Of a stretch of 64,000 bases of DNA, positions 62,774-64,000 are shown in pieces (within the stretch, counting starts at the first letter, position 1; each line of letters starts with the position of its first letter). This stretch comes from Paracoccaceae bacterium (GTDB lineage: Bacteria > Pseudomonadota > Alphaproteobacteria > Rhodobacterales > Rhodobacteraceae). The notes under the pieces are model-generated. The model ran no database searches, was not told the origin of the DNA, and was given only the letters and a program-made list of their open reading frames with translations. Location of the stretch: assembly GCA_046155885.1 (NCBI GenBank), contig JBJXFU010000013.1, forward strand, positions 1,070-65,069, in the 5' to 3' direction. Both the position numbers and the translations under genes were made by a program.

Positions 62774-63774
62774 CCGCCCGCTACGCCAGCCTGTCGCTCG
62801 ACCTCGACAACCTGTGGTCCTACATGAAGACCCACGGCGACCCGGGGTGGGAGGCGTATCCCAGCTACCTCGATCTGGTGGTGCCGCGCTTCCTGGCGCT
62901 TCTGGACGAATTCGGGCTGAAGATCACCGTCTTCGTCGTCGGACAGGACGCGGCGCTGTCGGCCAACCATGCGGCACTGCGCGCCATCGCCGGGGCGGGG
63001 CACGAGATCGGCAACCATTCGTTCCGGCACGAACCCTGGCTTCACCTTTATTCCGAAGCCGAGATCGCGGCCGAGATCGAACGCGCAGAAACCGCGATCG
63101 CCGGGGCGACCGGACAGACGCCGCGCGGGTTCCGGGGGCCGGGCTACAGCCTGTCGGAGAACGTGCTGAAGGTGCTGCACGGCCGGGGCTACGCCTATGA
63201 CTGCTCGACCTTCCCGACTTCGGTCGGGCCGCTGGCGCGGGCCTACTACTTCCTGCGCGCGCGGCTTGACGCGGGGCAGAAGGAGAAGCGCAAGGCGCTT
63301 TTCGGCGGGCTTCGCGACGGATTCCGGCCGCTGCGCCCCTATGCCTGGGCGCTTCCCGGCGGGTCGCTGCCCGAGATTCCGGTGACGACCATGCCGCTGA
63401 CCCGGCTGCCGATCCATTTCAGCTACCTGCACTGGATGGCCGGGATCGCCGAGCCGCTGGCGGGGCTCTGGTTCCGCGCGGCGCTGCGCCTGTGCGACGC
63501 GACCGGGGTTGCGCCGTCGCTGCTGCTGCATCCGCTCGACTTTCTTGGACGGGACGATGTGGCGGGCCTGTCGTTCTTCCCGGGGATGAACCAGACGGCG
63601 GCTGAAAAGATGGGCCGGATGCGCCACCTTCTGGGCATCCTTGCCGGGCCCTACACGGTCCTGACGATGCAGGCGCATGCCGACCGGGTGGCAACGCCGT
63701 CGCTGCGCCGCCGGATGCCGGACTTCGACGCGCTTTCCCCCGCCCCCGCCGTCGCCATCCGGCCCGGCCTGTGA
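62770..63774 (+). CDS. Polysaccharide deacetylase (NodB homology domain, catalytic residues retained)
   Basis: 334 aa with SLSLDLDN, VFVVGQDA, GHEIGNHSFRHE and GFRGPGY. ATGA overlap with the upstream gene. Confidence 0.85.
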   Translation: MTARYASLSLDLDNLWSYMKTHGDPGWEAYPSYLDLVVPRFLALLDEFGLKITVFVVGQDAALSANHAALRAIAGAGHEIGNHSFRHEPWLHLYSEAEIAAEIERAETAIAGATGQTPRGFRGPGYSLSENVLKVLHGRGYAYDCSTFPTSVGPLARAYYFLRARLDAGQKEKRKALFGGLRDGFRPLRPYAWALPGGSLPEIPVTTMPLTRLPIHFSYLHWMAGIAEPLAGLWFRAALRLCDATGVAPSLLLHPLDFLGRDDVAGLSFFPGMNQTAAEKMGRMRHLLGILAGPYTVLTMQAHADRVATPSLRRRMPDFDALSPAPAVAIRPGL

Positions 63775-64000
63775 TGCAGCTCCCCGGCGATGTCATACGG
63801 CCCCAGCTGAAGGACGCGATCACGGATCGGGGACTTCGGGTGGGGGCCTTTCTGGGGCTCACGGCTTTCTACCTGCTGACCGCGCCGGCCAACCACGCGA
63901 TCAGCATCGACCCCTATTTCTACGCGCCGATGATCACCAAAGAGCCGCTGGACGCCGTGCCGCATCCGCGGCTGATGCTGTGGATTTTCGCGATGCAGGC
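63774..64000 (+). CDS. Membrane protein, 5' part only (runs off window end)
   Basis: ATG 63774 overlaps the upstream TGA by 1 nt. Translation is MQLPGDVIRPQLKDAITDRGLRVGAFLGLTAFYLLTAPANHAISIDPYFYAPMITKEPLDAVPHPRLMLWIFAMQ. High GC3. It is absent from the track because it has no stop in the window. Confidence 0.5.
   Translation, partial: MQLPGDVIRPQLKDAITDRGLRVGAFLGLTAFYLLTAPANHAISIDPYFYAPMITKEPLDAVPHPRLMLWIFAMQ

Noticed and set aside
1-64000. Search for tRNA, rRNA, tmRNA, RNase P RNA, SRP RNA, IS elements/transposases, integrases, CRISPR repeats and prophage genes.
   Set aside because: I saw no characteristic conserved cores (for example GGTTCGAATCC T-loops, GGAAAGTCCGG or SRP GGAAGCAGCC), no terminal inverted repeats flanking a transposase-like ORF, and no regularly spaced repeats. 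A manual scan cannot exclude small or divergent ncRNAs.

Overview
High-GC (roughly two-thirds G+C by eye) alphaproteobacterial chromosome segment. The phaZ-phaC-phaP-phaR layout and the PutR-type putA control look Rhodobacteraceae-like. It is gene dense, with about 56 supportable CDS. I recognised no rRNA, tRNA, CRISPR array, transposase or integrase. Most long ORFs in the six-frame track are GC-rich shadow frames of the real genes. Content from left to right: (1) a Yej/Opp-type peptide ABC importer whose fused double ATPase gene is separated from the binding-protein/permease genes by a divergent pair, a class III nucleotide cyclase and a DUF3095 cyclase-like protein. (2) A glycan locus at 8.7-20.2 kb with 4 glycosyltransferases, a NodB/DUF2334-like deacetylase, an ABC-exporter-like protein in which every ATPase motif is degenerate, a stand-alone cNMP-binding protein, a metallophosphoesterase and an MBL-fold hydrolase. 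(3) An intact putA next to a putR regulator carrying four inactivating lesions. (4) A small accessory islet holding two diverged paralogous 92-93 aa genes that flank a small secreted protein, a SAM methyltransferase and cspA. (5) A DUF2282-DUF692-DUF2063-DoxX operon (bufferin/Hvf-type MNIO RiPP locus). It is divergent from an ECF sigma (SigF-like)/NrsF anti-sigma pair, and identical GTAACG-N16-CGAA promoter motifs face both ways. (6) thrS, an alpha/beta hydrolase and the PHA regulon with recognisable PhaR boxes. (7) A gamma-glutamylation-type amine catabolic cluster with two GS-like genes, an amidotransferase, an FAD oxidase, two aminotransferases and a polar amino acid/opine-type ABC importer. 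(8) TerB and TerC genes followed by about 1.2 kb of gene-poor DNA. (9) A second, translationally coupled glycan operon with a sulfotransferase, a WecB-like epimerase, a dead-deacetylase::GT2 fusion, a WlbA/WlbC/WlbB-like 3-acetamido-sugar trio, an FAD oxidoreductase and a deacetylase. It runs off the right end of the window. All functional calls come from reading the translations by eye; no searches were run.
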